From Paragordius varius (lineage: Eukaryota; Animalia; Nematomorpha): a stretch of 64,000 nucleotides of DNA. How positions within the stretch are numbered: position 1 is the first letter of the stretch; every line of letters starts with the position of its first letter. This document shows, piece after piece, positions 12,812 through 27,500 of the stretch. Under the pieces are notes generated by a model. That model had not been told where the DNA came from, did not search any database, and was given only the letters and a program-made list of their open reading frames with translations. Location of the stretch: contig OZ176055.1 of assembly GCA_964247055.1 (NCBI GenBank), positions 6,386,001-6,450,000 on the forward strand. The letters run 5' to 3'. A program made the position numbers and the translations under genes.

Positions 12812-15800
12812 ATGAATTTTATGTCATTGAAGCTTTTAAACAAAGCATTCCAAGTAGCCATTTTGTCAATATTCGCAATTATTCTAATCTCAAAAATTAA
12901 CGGATATTCTGCGATCAAAACAGTTTAATTTGTTATTTAAAATGTTTTTTAATCTCCAAAAGAGATGATTTTACACCCCATATATTATAATTTTTTTATA
13001 TATTGTAACAATATTAAATTATATATGATTCTTAGCCTCCATATATCGTCCCTGTTTTGATTAAATATAAATTTTATGAATGTTCATTTTATTTATTTAG
13101 GATGAAACTGAAGCGGTTTCTAGTTCTTTCAATCCCACAGGTTAGTCTACAATAAAAAACGAAATTTTTATTTTTTATTCCCCCTTTTTTGTATGAAAAT
13201 TAGTCGAAACCCGGTGTGATGCGCAGTCCTTACAGATATTGATACATACGAAAATGCCATACTTTGGCATAGGGTACATAATGGGACATAGAAATACCAT
13301 AAAATGTTATGTTATGGGAGTTGGAAATACGTTAACTACACTTACGATTCAAAAAAATCAATGCGGAATAAAATTTGATAAGGTATAATACAAAAGATTT
13401 TTTAATTATACATTTTTTCTTATTCCATCATTTATTTTGGTGGTCTCTGGATACTTTTTCGCCAAATATTATAATTTTCTAAATGCCTCTAGTCACGTTT
13501 TTAATATTCTATTACTTTCTGGGGTTGTTTTCTCCAAGTATATAAACTATAAAAATCCTTAAAACATGAAAGATAATGGGCCAAACTTGAAAAATGTATT
13601 TAGAGCGTTAGTCAAATTCCTTTCAAAATAAGATGCAAAAATACTCAAATCAACTCATATTTTTAGCCACTAATTAAATTTTGGTATAAATAAGCTATTG
13701 CAAGTAAACATGGTTATTTACTTTAAACTGCAATATTTTAGCAGCAATTCATATATATTTATTGGGAAGCTATCTAATTGACTGCTGCAGAAGTTAAAAA
13801 ACTGTGAAATTGGATAAAATTACAACTTAACAAAAAAGCTTTGACAATAATATTTTTAACTCCTGTAACAAAAAAACCATTCGCATGGCTTATTCGGGCC
13901 GAATTTAATTTGTATATGTCTACTACAATATGGCAAAGAACAATCTTTTTATGTCTTAGTATATTTAGTTTCATATAAATCACCAATTTTTAAATATTTC
14001 TTTACTAAATTTAAGCAAACGTCAGAATATTATATCAAACTGTTTGTTGGTTCACATCCAATGATAGTGATGGTACAAGATAAAACATTCGATATCCGAT
14101 GTTCTATAAACGCCAATTTATTCAACGATACTACCAACCAAAATTATAATCATATCAAGTCAGTACAGCTAAATTATATTTAAAATAAAATATGTAAAAT
14201 TATGGATTTAAAAGCTTTGTTTTATATGTAGACTATCCAATATGGAAGCAAGCCTTAGCTTTTACAAAAAATCAAGCAATTATTCGTTAACGCCCGTAAG
14301 ATACCTTATATTTGGAAATCAATACTTTCTCCGTGCAAACATATTAAATGGTAAGATTTTTTACATTTAAAATAAAATAAATATAATAAAAGATTAAAAT
14401 TGGACATATTACACGGCTCATAAAAAATAATATATTGTTTATAAATCAACTATTACAGTCTTCTGCTATTAACTAAAGTAAAATGGCATTTCGCACTTTT
14501 CTAAACAAATAAAAATCACCAGCTGCTTAAAATCAATTTTTTATCTATTTTCCTTGTATGTAATAACAATTTTTTATATATTTTACTAGTTATATTCCAT
14601 GTACATTAATTTTGAAAAAAACATTTTTGCCCAAAATTTGGCACACTTTTTAATTACATGTTCCATGAGAATTTTTGATCCCGGCTAATAACAATAAAAT
14701 AGGAATATTTTATTCTATTATTTTTAACCGTATTCATCGTTGCAATATCAATTACCAGAGATTAAATATATGATAAATATATATTTACAGTAAAAATTGT
14801 AACATTACACGGACAAAACGTGAAAATATAAAGACAAATTTTTTTTCTAAAAGACAACTATAGTTTTTAAATTTTGATTTTTTTAATTATAACTCATTGT
14901 TTTGCAAAGTATGATTAGAGATGTATTTTGGTAAAACAATAAATTATATATTTACAATTGTAATTAAATATTTTATATGTGAAAAATTAAGGGTTAAATA
15001 GTAGAAATTTTTATTGTATTTTTTGAACCTGAATTCATATTATTTTTAGTCAATCAATACATTAGTATATGGATAAAAACAACAAATGGTGAAAATTAAA
15101 AAATTTTCTCATTTTACGGACAAAATTTGTTTTATAAAATATGACTGTATTACCAATGGGCCAACAATAATGTGAATTGACAAACATTAATGAACATACT
15201 GTAAAATTTACTATTGTTATATAGCTCAAAATCCCTTCTTTGTTTCGGAATGTAAATTGATCAATGAACGTTCGGGAAATTCAATGAAATTAGCCACATA
15301 TCCTGGGTTACTTTTCACTATTTAAACACATTTAAAAGTGTTCGCCTTATTTTATACTTTTATATTAAAAATTGGCGAGATAATCATTATCCAAATATTG
15401 AACGTAAAATACGCTATTGTTCATATTATTTTTATTATTATTTTTAATTAAAATCCCGGGTCGATATATTAGTAAAGAAATAACCAAATAGATCAATTGT
15501 AAAATGTTAAAGCATTAAAATGTTTAATAATAACGGTTTTTATCTAAAATATCTAGCGTTCATGATTTTATTTAATAAAAAGTTTTGATGTAAACATTTT
15601 TTATTTGATTTTAAATGCGAGTTGTAAAAGGGTAACAAAAGTATAAGTCGTAAACTTTAAAAGATATTTATTCGGTTTTTTGTAATATACTATTTTTAAG
15701 TGAACATAATTTGCATGATAACAAATAAAATTTGAGTAACTAATGGATATGTTATTTACATAATATAAAAATAAGACAATGCAAATCTTACAAAAAATAT

Positions 15801-18800
15801 AGCATACATAGAAAATATATATTTTAAATTTGCATATGCAACAGTAGTCTGAAAATTTTTTAGAATTTCAACATCAAATTGTTTAAAATATGATTTTATT
15901 TAGACATGTGCTATTCAACTGCGGATATAATGTAGCTTAATATACCCCGTCGTAATTAATGATTATATATGAATAAAGCTATTTTATCTCAAACATATAT
16001 CCAATCTAAATAAATACATTAGCTAACCGTGTTACAATAAATTCAAAATTATGCGTAATAACTCTAATTCGAAAAATTTGAAATGTTTGTCGCGTTGCGA
16101 CCTCTTTTCATAATACAGAGGGTTTTTGATGCCATTGGTTAAATTCTTGAGACTTTTGGCTTTTTTAGATTTGTTCCTTTTTTAAATTTCTCAATTTATA
16201 ATGTGTTGGCTTCAAAAAATACTCCAATAGTAATCAAATTGTTAATTAATAGAGTTAGTTTTGACTCTTTTAGTGTTAAAACACCAGATGCGACTATCCT
16301 TTACCCTTTTGTATAAAAAAAATAAAATTTTCAACTAATAATTGGTAAAATTTAAAAATTAAATTGATTTTTATCTCCCTTTCTTTTCGCTTCTTGTGAA
16401 TGCTCACCTCATACGTAAGTATATTAAAAATTTCCAATCTTAGTCAAAAACCAAAAGTACAGGTATTTATATTATATAGGGGTGTAAAATTATTTAGTAT
16501 TAGTTATTTATTTTATTTATATACAATTTTAAAGATGTTCATTGAATGAAGATATCATGACCCATTTTTATGAGTTTCCTGATGGATCCAAAGTGGCCAT
16601 AGTGAATTCCATGTTTTTATACCCGCCCTCACATCAAGTGCACATACAATGCAAATTTATATTTTTGGAGATGGTGAACAATGCATCATTACATTCTTCT
16701 CAGGTTCTCTAATATATAACATTTTCAACTCACACTCTTGAACATTTCGAATAATTATTTTAGACAAAGTTTCAGTTTCTTAATATCATACACTATAGGT
16801 AATTTTTAATTTCCAAACTGATTTATTTTCAATGTTAAAGAATAAATGGTGATTGTTATGAAATCAATGGGAGTGTGCTATTAATTTATCCAACCTATAA
16901 AATGAACAATTTTTTCCAAATAATTTTCTGAAATTTATATTTAATTTTCAGTAATTTAGCGCTCTCTTCCATAAGATTACGATTAAAAATCAAAAATTCA
17001 TTAATAAAATTACATACTTCATTGTTAGCTCATTGGTAATAAAATTAAGGTATATAATAAAACAAATTTCGTCTATAATTAAACAAAAAAATTTAATATT
17101 GTTATATTAAAACAATTGTTTAATCTCAATGATTTGTTGTTTTTTGCCTATACGCTACTGTATTCAATTGGCGAACAATAAAGTGATTACTATTAAGGAG
17201 AAATCAGGACTTTCTAATAAGCATATAAATATTATATGTTGTCTAACAATGATAAATATTGGAAACAAGAGCGACATATTTGTAAAATTAGAATGATTTA
17301 ACCCATGAATGCATTTTACTTATAATTACAGTCATGTATTCTTTCTTTATCAAAAATTATTTGTTAAAGAATGTAAACAAGAGCACTATGGTATTTACAA
17401 TATCATATTCAACAAAAAAATAAAAGAAATGAGGGGGACGGTGTCGTAAAACTTATGTGGTGAATTCTGTACTATTTTAACATTAGTTTTGATTTGAAGG
17501 GTTATTTTTTAGTGCATTTTCACTATATTCAAACACATTTTTACCTTATAAGATTTTCGTGACCCTTCCCTCACACTTTTACTTTTTTGATGACTATGAT
17601 ATAGTAATACCATAGAGCTATTGTTGTTTCCTGTCTTTAACAAATATTTATAATTAAAAAAAAATTTTGATAAAATAAAGGATACATGACTTTAAATAAC
17701 TGAAATGGTTATATAAAAACGAATAATTATTAACGAAGAAGAATTATTTATTTAATGAGCGCATTTATTGCTTGTACAATCATAAATTATCGTATTCGGT
17801 TTATTCTCAAACACTACTATACATATATATGTATTTCATATTGTTTCCAACAAATATTAAGATTCCAATTATAATTTAAAAATATATTTTGCATTTTTCA
17901 CATCCATTGCCGATCTAAAAGGTCATTAGCATTAAAAGTCATTAGTCTATTAATCTTTTATATTTATATGTCCCTGATAGGTATTTATTTTATTTGTATG
18001 ATTGTACATTACATCAGATTTAAGATGCTAAAATGGTTTTAAGTTAAAAAATGACCCTATAAAACAAATATCAGATCATATTGATATATGGGCTTATTTC
18101 CATTCTAAATGCGGTGTTGCACTCTTTAGAATGCATGTTATCAAATACTTAGCTGATCTTTAACACTGTAAATTCGAGATTTTTAGGGTTTATTAATGTT
18201 AAATAATAGAGCTGAATAATTTTTTTTTTATTTTAACCAAAAAAATTGTAATGTAAAAACAATTTTTTTATATTACTTTGTGAAGTAAACCAAATTCATA
18301 AAAGACTTCTCACCACTAATGAGATAATAAATAGTAAGAAGGAATAAAATTAAAAACATTTGTACCAATGAAGAATATTTTATGATTGTTTTAGCTAAAC
18401 ATTTAAAACAAAGAAATTGATTTACATTTATAATGTAAAACTTTTTTTATCTTCGGTTTTTAGAGTGTCATTTGTCGAATCTACCTATTCTCCTTGTTAT
18501 AATTCGTATCGCCTCCCTATGACCTTAGATTCACGTCATGGAACATTTTTTGTATAAGAAAATTAAAATGCCACTATAGTTACATATATTTTTATACCTA
18601 TTCTTTTGACAAATAAATGGTTTTCTAATTATTTAAGTCCATTCATTTGATGTTCTAATTATTATTGGATTCAAAAGTAGCATACTACGTATTAGAACAT
18701 TGACGAAAAATAATTTTATTAAATATGGAAGGGGTCATTAAAAAATTTAACATAATGTTTCAATTTTCGGTATTATTTAGTTGGATTGTAGTGTCCATGA

Positions 18801-21800
18801 TAAATACAGAATGAAGAAACCGAAAGGAAACGAGATTTTGCTATCAACTACGAATTATGTGCTAAAACCTGGTCAGATTTTTGGAAGTAAGTATTATTTT
18901 ATCATACTTTGCCTAGTTTTGAGGCTTACAACGCTTTATTATACTCTAAATAAACTTGTATTTTGCTTCGCTTTGCCATGTCCCATACCCTTTTATTCAA
19001 ACTCTATCGTTGTCCTTTGGCAATGTGATGTATTCTCCTCTCAATACTCTTAAACTAAAATAGTCTATTTTTGTGATAAAATCTGTAAGATATATTGATA
19101 TCAGTGAATAGACATCATTGTTTTATCCACAGCCGTATTCTTTTACTTTGAAATATTTTTTTAACAATTTCATTTTGTGCGACATATTATATTTCTCATT
19201 TTGACAGTCAACGACCTTGAATACGGGCTCGGCCTTTCATTCAAAATTTCGCAAGTCCGGGAATAGTTGTAGAGAACAGGCTCATAAAAGCTTATTCCTT
19301 CTCTTTCACAGATTTAATATTTGGTTGTAATTTAAAATATCAATTTATACAAAAGCTCTAGCTTGTTTCTTAAATTACCCAAAATAGAGCATTTATGAAT
19401 GGGTGCGTTGTCGTAAATGAAAAACGCATCTTGTGGTAACTTGGCCAAAGACTCCTCCAAAAATGGCTTAAAAGTCTCACCATTGAACACGCCCTGTTTG
19501 ATGCTATAATTAACAACACCCTGTATGCCAATCATACACAACAAAGAGACGTTTTTACCCATAATAAAATGAAGATATACTTTTATTAAAGCCCTTTACG
19601 CTAGGTGCCTGTCCTGACGGTGCCTGACCGAATATATTTTTTGATATCAATAAAAACCCAGACTCATCTAAATCTTAGATTTTGTCCGACGGTATGTCGT
19701 TCACAAGACAGGCATACTCAAATCGTTTTTGATTAACCAGCGAGGAATTGCGCTGTTGAGGTTCCATAATACACCTTTTGCGCGTGTAGTTTATTATTTT
19801 AAATATTTTATAAAAGATTTTTTTGGATATTTTGCATTCTGTTGGTAATTTATTGAGAATCTCATCGACAGTCAATTCACAATCACTATCGAGGATTATT
19901 TTGACCTGCATGGCTAGACCTTAATTGCATTTCATTTTCCTACCCTTTATCAATGGCTCTTTCTCTATTCCCAGAGTCATGCTTCGCTTCATAGCACTTA
20001 TGGAACTTATAGACATGTCTAAATCATCTACAAAATGACGAGACGATAATTCATGATTTCTAGGATTCCCGAAAATTTTGTAGGCCTTAGCCTTTTTTTC
20101 ATCTGAACAAAAATGATATTCTAAAATTAACAAAAACGGTACCTTTCCCTTTTCCTCTACCGTTTAATAAATTTGTCATATTTTCACCGATTTCCTTAAC
20201 ACCTAAATAAATGAAAAAAACCATCATTGCCAGGCACAATATTTTGTGTGGGTCTTATATTTTCATCAACATAATCTGAGCATTATAAAGGAAAAAAAAA
20301 CCATCAGGGACACCAGGACAAGTCTCTACTATCAATCATTCCCGTCGATTTCATTAACATCTAAAGTCTTAACAAAAAAAAACCATCGTTGCCAGGCACA
20401 ATAGTGTCTGTCTTATACCAGCGTCTACATATTCTAAATCTAACATTATAAAGGAAAAAATACCCGCCATACCAGATTGGATCAAATTGATTATTTAATA
20501 TAGCATCTATCGTGAATATCCCTTTTAAAATCGTTCCCATATCAAAACAAAAAAATTGTAATTGAGATAAAAATTACGATTTTCCTAACCCTTTTATACA
20601 ATAATTTTAAGTGAAGGGTTAGTTGTTAGTGTATTTTTATTTTTTACCAAAGATTTCCGACGCCCTTCCCCCATACTTCTTTTATTTTTTGATGAATATG
20701 ATGGGGTTAATACCATAGAGCTCTTGTTTCTCTATTCTTTACCAAATATTAATACCCATTTAACGAAAAAAGTAAATTTTTAATAAAATATACATGACTG
20801 TATCTCTTAGATACTATGTTTCGCACAAAACCATACTTTAAACTTAATTGAGTTTGTTACCTGCCCGCAATTTGACTCCTGCATAGTTTATTTCTAGAAG
20901 ATATATTTTATTCGCATAGATGTTAATTAAATTAAATCTAAAAAATAGTCAATTTTTATAATATTGGTTTTATAAAACCCTATATTTTTATATAGATTCC
21001 AAACCCGATACCGATTTGCATGGCTCCAAAACTATTTTATTATCCATTTTCTCAGTGGTTTTTGCATTTTTATGGCTACTGACAGTACTTATACTGGTTT
21101 TTATTTCCATAAAGTATCAAAATACTTTTAAATGGATTACAAAAAAATATGGATTCGGTCTAAATTTATTTGGAGGAGACACAACAAATTTTAACAATAT
21201 CGTTAATAGTAATAATAAAATGAGTTGGGATGAAAATTATTACCTGTTCAATCCACTTCGCTTCAATTCAGCCGTCTCTAAAGCCACGTTAACATCAAAC
21301 CCATTGTTCCAAGATAAAAATCCTGTTATGTTAAAACATTTGGCAGATTCAACCAACACATCAATAACTTTTACCACAAGCTCAAACCTAAATGAAAAGC
21401 GAATGAACGATAGAACTGACAATGCAAAATGTATTCAATATAAGGGCATTGATACCCGTAAACAAGGAATGAATGATGTCCCTTCTTTAAATACAAAATT
21501 TCCATCATTCCCACCGTTTTTGGGAGAAGATATTGATGACTCTTCAATGCTAAACATTGATTATGGATCATGTGCTAGGATTTTGGGGACATTTATTCCA
21601 GAACAAAAGACAAGTAGCGGCCATCAAGAGTCAAGGCAAACCAAAATTAATCATATTCATAATCAAACTCAAACACAAAATGATAATCGAAATAAAAATT
21701 ATTATTATAATATTAATAATATGAAATGTGATGCTGGGGAAAATAGTGAAGGATACAGTGGACCAATAAGTTACAGAAGTTTTGATGCCAGATATTTTGG

Positions 21801-22611
21801 AGTCTTGCCACGAGACTCAAATCCTTCCGAAAACCATGTCGTTCAACACATAAATGTACCCACGACACACAATATGAATGAAACTATTGAATATGATACT
21901 AAAAACACAAATTTTTGGCAACAAATATATAGGATCTCGGATGCACAAGAACATTTCTGTCCAGACAAAAACAACATCAACATTGGAGAAAATGAAATAG
22001 AGAAAAAGAACGATGATAAAGACATTATTGAAACAACGAATATTAAGATTAATCCATACATGGCGGCAACCTTAGGGGTCAATCAAACATATGATGGGAC
22101 AAGTTTTGAATCATTATACAATACTAGTTCGATTTCTGATGTAAGTCATATCCCTAGACCCACATTTATCATGGGTAAAAATTGTAGTATGAACAAAGAG
22201 TCATCAAATGAATGTAAGCGAGGGGGATCAACACTATCTACATTTTACTTCAAAAATAATTGCGAAACAACGGATGAAATACTACAATCAAACAATAAAT
22301 CGAATGTGACATACAACACCAAAAAATATTTTAATATCGTATCACAAACGAATAGTTTCAACAAACACAACAGTTCTCATGATTCTGGAATGACTATAAG
22401 TACGGAAAAAGATACAGCTGCTATTGGAAAAATTAGCAAAAATAAATTTACAAAACCAATTTCACCAAGGCCCAATGGGTCAAAATGTTCAATTCAAAGA
22501 AGGATATCACCGTATCCTTATCCACTCAAAAAATTTCAAAATGCTTTAAATTTACCCGAGCTCATAAGCAACGATAACCTGTCGACAAAAAAATGGGGCT
22601 TTAATATTTAA
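12812..22611 (+). CDS. ZP-domain (cuticlin/dusky-like) type I membrane protein with a long cytoplasmic tail, about 880 aa
   Basis: Phase-compatible exons 12812-12922 (signal peptide), 13101-13140, 13204-13382 (VETRCDAQSLQILIHTKMPYFGIGYIMG..C..CG), 14016-14158 (YYIKLFVGSHPMIVMVQDKTFDIRC), 14232-14350, 15225-15306 (VSEC..YPG), 16535-16673 (CSLNEDIMTHF..VHIQC). Less certain: 16764-16798, 18464-18551, 18781-18871 (basic KYRMKK). Last exon 20996-22611 has a TM helix and a low-complexity tail. Cys spacing fits ZP-N/ZP-C. Linkage across 16.7-18.5 kb is inferred. Confidence 0.72.
14788..15016. mobile_element. TA-flanked MITE, copy in a ZP-gene intron
   Basis: TA-CAGTAAAAATTG ... GAAATTTTTATTG-TA; internal TATAACTCATTG...AGAGATGTA block shared with the 6301 copy. 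Confidence 0.65.
19332..20133 (-). mobile_element. Degraded IS630/Tc1/mariner-superfamily transposase remnant inside the last ZP-gene intron
   Basis: Fragments read an HTH-like region, then YTRKR, DESGF (first D, about 19650-19670, after a frameshift) and FFIYDNAPIHK (second D). Broken by stops and frameshifts; the YSPxLNPIE motif and TIRs were not found. Confidence 0.8.
20214..20465. repeat. Imperfect direct duplication, period about 163 bp
   Basis: AAAAAAACCATC(A/G)TTGCCAGGCACAATA at about 20215 and 20378; CATTATAAAGGAAAAAA at about 20281 and 20444. Confidence 0.7.
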
Positions 22612-24185
22612 TTTATAATCCATTGGTAAGTTATGAGAAACTAATAAAAAGATATTATTTAACAATTTATTTGAAAATCATTCCATACATATTTATATTT
22701 TGTTGTGGGAAACCTCATCATTTCTTGCATTCATATTGAATATTTTGAAAGGTAAACTGATAATCATCATTAGGTTTATTTTTTTAGTGCTTCCTTGTGC
22801 CCAATCAATAACTTGGCAATGTGGCTAAAATCTCTAAAATTACCCAAGTTATTTCAAAAAGAGTCCGATAAAAAAATTAAATTTATTTTAAGTATTTTTC
22901 GCATATCGCGTTTGAAAAATCATTTAAGCTTCATATAACAAAAAGCGTGGGTGTTAGCATGAAAGCAGTGGGTAGCTATAATTTTTTTTAATGTATAGTA
23001 AAAATTGAAATTTTGCAGACAAAACGTAAAAACATATTTTTAAACTTGATTTATTTTATTATAACTCATTGTTTTATATTGCAAGGTATGAAATAGAGAT
23101 GTAAATTAATAACACAATCCATATATTTTATGATCGTAATTAGCTAATTTATATGAAAAAACAAGGTTAAAAAGTATGGTTGTGTTTTGATAAAAAATTT
23201 TGCCTTAATGGTTTTACGTTTTAACATACTACAATTTTTACTTATTATTTAAACTTTTATATAAAAAAAATCGACTGTTTTAATTAAATAGTATTTTATA
23301 CTCTTAACTAGATAAACAGTTTTGGTCATTATTTGAGCATTCATTAAAAATCAGAAAAGTTGATCGAAAGTTTTATAAACTATTAAATGGTATATTGATA
23401 CTTATGTTTTGGCCTATTTTTGTAGCACAATCTAAAATCCATCAATTTTACAGTAAAATTAAATTATGTAAATAAAACATAAAAACTAAAAAACAATAAA
23501 AGCCAACCATTGTTTAAAATCTGTTTTCTTATATAACTTATTGTTTTGGGTTACAAAGGGATTAGAAATAGTGGAATCTCAATTATAAATTTAAAAATTG
23601 TTAAAAAGTTTGACTGTCTTTGTAAAAAAAAATTTCTTAGATTTTATCTGTATAATATAAATTCTTACTTATGTTGTGGTCGCTTATAAATAACAGTCAA
23701 ACAAACATAAATTTATCATGAGATTTAAGTGATATAAAAACGACACGGCTAACTTCATTCTGTTTAATTTAATTTCTGCAACAATTATTATACATTAGCA
23801 GTATGTGACTGCTTATGAACATGCATGATTGCATTTCAAGCGGTCGGAGGAACTTTTATTCTTTAAAACCCCTACAAAATGAACTGAGAGAAACATTACA
23901 ATTAACGAAACAATCGATATTAAGTTGTTGAAATTAATTTTATTTGGACAAAATGTTCATTTCACGGTATATTCGGTATCACATTATCCATTAAAAATCG
24001 TATACCTCAACATCTCCTCAACTTTCTAACTATCGATAACGTAAAGCTTGGTAAACTTAATATTAAAAATATTTGACAAATTTATTTATAAATCATATAC
24101 ATATATATCATTAGTAAATGTATATATATATCTATTTTACAATGAATAAATGCGGTTTTCGATTCCGTTATAGAATCAATTAAAC

Positions 24186-24484
24186 TTATATGATGTCTTG
24201 AATAAAACTTTCAATATCACTTTTATCGCTTTCTCTTTTAAGTATTGTCACAAGGTTTGGAATTTGATTAGATTTAATCCATAATCCTGAGAAATATTTA
24301 TATAAATATATATATATTCAAAATGTTAGAGCAAATGACATTTTTTGGAAAATAATTAAATATAAGGACAACACAGATATTAATAATTTACCAACTATTC
24401 GTTCACCCATTTTAGTTCTAACGCGGATTATTTGCATTTTACCGGCAGTTATATTTGATTGATGTGTTGTAGATGTAGCAACTA

Positions 24485-24531
<47 letters not shown>

Positions 24532-27500
24532 TTTGATAAAACACAAAATAAAAATGAAATTTTAGTAATATGTACAATGGCCGGTGGCAGTATTAGCTAC
24601 TCCACCAAAAACTTCTTCCAAACAATTCCAAACCGTTAAAATTGATCCCGACAAAACATTGTATTTCCGGGTACGTATACCAATTTCGCAACTCAAATTT
24701 TGTTGACGTCTTTTACATGTCCCTTTCCTAGATAGATACAGTTAATATTATAAAGACAAAACGTAAATAGTATAAAAGAAATATATAGTTTTTAAGAAAA
24801 CAATGTTTTTTCTTAATATCTTGTATATAATAACATGAATATAGCTATCAGAGTTCCTTATTTCGCCGCCTAAAAAGATAATTTATAAATAAAAAATATT
24901 GTTGCTTTAAACATATGAATATTTCAAATTTGTTTTGTCTTTATAATTTTACAGTAAAATAAATACCATAAAACATGGGTGCATTTATTCAAAGAGGAAT
25001 TATAAATTTCGTCCCAATATTTTTGAGCTTCTTGTGGTGGTACCTACAAAAATTGCAAGTATACGATTAATTGTTTATAAAATATAATAATTGACAAAAA
25101 ATATGATGGAGTTAGCCATATACTTTACGATATTTCTTAAAAATGGAGGAAAGGGTTTCCACTTTGCCTTGTAAACCCGTATTCGGTCGATAAATGTTAA
25201 ACAATTTGTTTGAGTTTAAATCTGTTATTTCATCCGTTTCTTTCTCAGTTTGTAGCTTTCCATCTTCTGTTTGGGTTGAGGTGTTTTGACCAGGTGTACT
25301 TATAATTAATCGTTTATTAGTTGTTTTATTGCAGGATATGGCAAGGATTGGTGCATAGTTTCCATTCTTGGCCTATATTGTATATATTTGAAAATAAAAT
25401 ATATTACATTGTACCACAAAAACGGGGCTAGAAAAATAAATGTTTACAAATCATAGTATATCATATGATAGCTAAAGGTTCCAATACTCTAAATATCTAA
25501 ATGATAAATACGATTAAAATAGTAAAAAAAATTATTTTATTTCTGCTATTAAGCCAAAAATCGTATTTTTTGGCACATTAAGCCCAATTAAGTTAATAAC
25601 ACTGCTCAACAAGTTTTGCACCACCCCCTTATTTTTGCATTTTCTGATACCTAATGACATGGAAAGGCCAAAACAAAAAAGAAAATTGAGGCCACCAATA
25701 GGATTTTTCCAAAATTTTTAAATTTGTATTTAATTCAAAAATAACAATCATTCCTCGTGTACATATGTTTAAATATTCAAACAAGCAAGTAGATACAAGT
25801 AATATAACATGCATGGATAACAAATTCTAGGCATTAAATAAGATACTAAACAAGCTAAGAGCCAAAGTATTAAAAATCTAAAAGGGGCTTATGTATAGTG
25901 TGATAGATATGGGCGGCTGCACAAGCTCTGCATATCCCCCAAGCGATCCTATAATTATGCCAGATATGGCAAAGATAACAATAAGTAATCGTAAAGTCCG
26001 ATAAGAGAGACTTGCAAGCAAAATCGTGGCAAATTGACATGTCAAATTAACCAATTTACAGAATGAAGTTAGATAAATTCTACAATTAAATTGAATATAA
26101 ATTAGGTAAATACAAATGGTCCAACCCCATAACAGTAAATTCTACTAAAAGTGGCTACACAACATCCATCTGAAATTCAAAATACAAAACAACCAATAAT
26201 ATTAAAAAAATAAGGTATATCCACTAGGTATAAATAAAGGATTTTTTATAAGAACCAACTCAAAAGAAAAAGTCTAATAAGTACTCGAAAGAACGAAAAC
26301 TAACAAAAAAATATAGCCTATCTGAAAGCCGAAGGTTTAAACCATAAAGTGCCTTTTTTAGTATTTTTTTAAAAAAGTTTTATATGTGTTAAAAATTAAC
26401 TTGAAAAAAAAGACTAAATTTTGACGTTTAAGTCCGTACTATTTTTCTCTCTCTGATATTTAAATGACATATTTATATTCAAAAGATAGAGTTTAAAACG
26501 CTTTATTAAATGATATTAAGTTTATAATATAATAACATTTTATTATAAAGTTATATTTAATTTTCTCTCGATTTTCTCTTGTTTTTAAAAAATTGAAAAA
26601 CCTATAAAATTTTAAAATTCTGATTGGCGGGATCAAAATTTTTTTCATATTCGGTTTTAAAACACTAAAATTAATCATAATTTAAAAAGTTTGAGTGGTG
26701 GTGCTTAAAAATGTCCAAATTTGTCGACTAGTGTAATAGATAATTGTATCAATTAAATTTTTTTATCAATATGTACCATAAGGATAAATTTTTATTTCAT
26801 AAAATAAATATAAGTAGGGAAGTAAGCTAAGGCATACTTGTTTAGCAAGGAAAAATCCATCATCTAAATCACGATGGTCCCTGTACAATTTGGTGGCCAT
26901 TTCAAACATAAGGCCACGTTCAATCTGGAAGGCCCAAAGAAAAACTGAGACGACCCCACGCGGTGTATGAAATTGAAATGTTTGTTTATTTAGCGGTGTA
27001 ACGGATTCCCCGTTATTTGTACCAAAATCTAATAGCATAGAATAAATTGTATATATATAACATTGATTTACAAATAAATATATTGATTTTCATCTCCAAT
27101 CAAAACTTTTAAACCTATTATCTTTATCCAATTTATGAAAACACCATCAAAAACTTTTAAATTTGATATGTAAAGTCATACCTAATATTCCCACGTCCCA
27201 TTTTCCAGATCGTTTGGCATCAAGTATATAGGCATTCAATGTGTCCGCAAAATATTGGAAAAGTGCATTTTGAAGTGGAACTTTAAGGCCCAAAATGCGA
27301 TTCAAAAATTTGATGATATTTGCATAATCTAATTAATTATTATTGATGTATGAAAAATAAAAATCAATGGTTTTTGATGATTAGTAAATTATATATATAT
27401 AATTTATATACGCAAACCTACCTTTGTCTAAAGCATGGCCATATTTTTCCTTCACAACCATTCCAACTGCTACAAGACCTTCAAGCGCATCTATATCGTA

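Noticed and set aside
23800-23890. Candidate C/D snoRNA (ATGATT...CTGA) between the ZP gene and sno
   Set aside because: Imperfect C box, no terminal stem and no identifiable guide.
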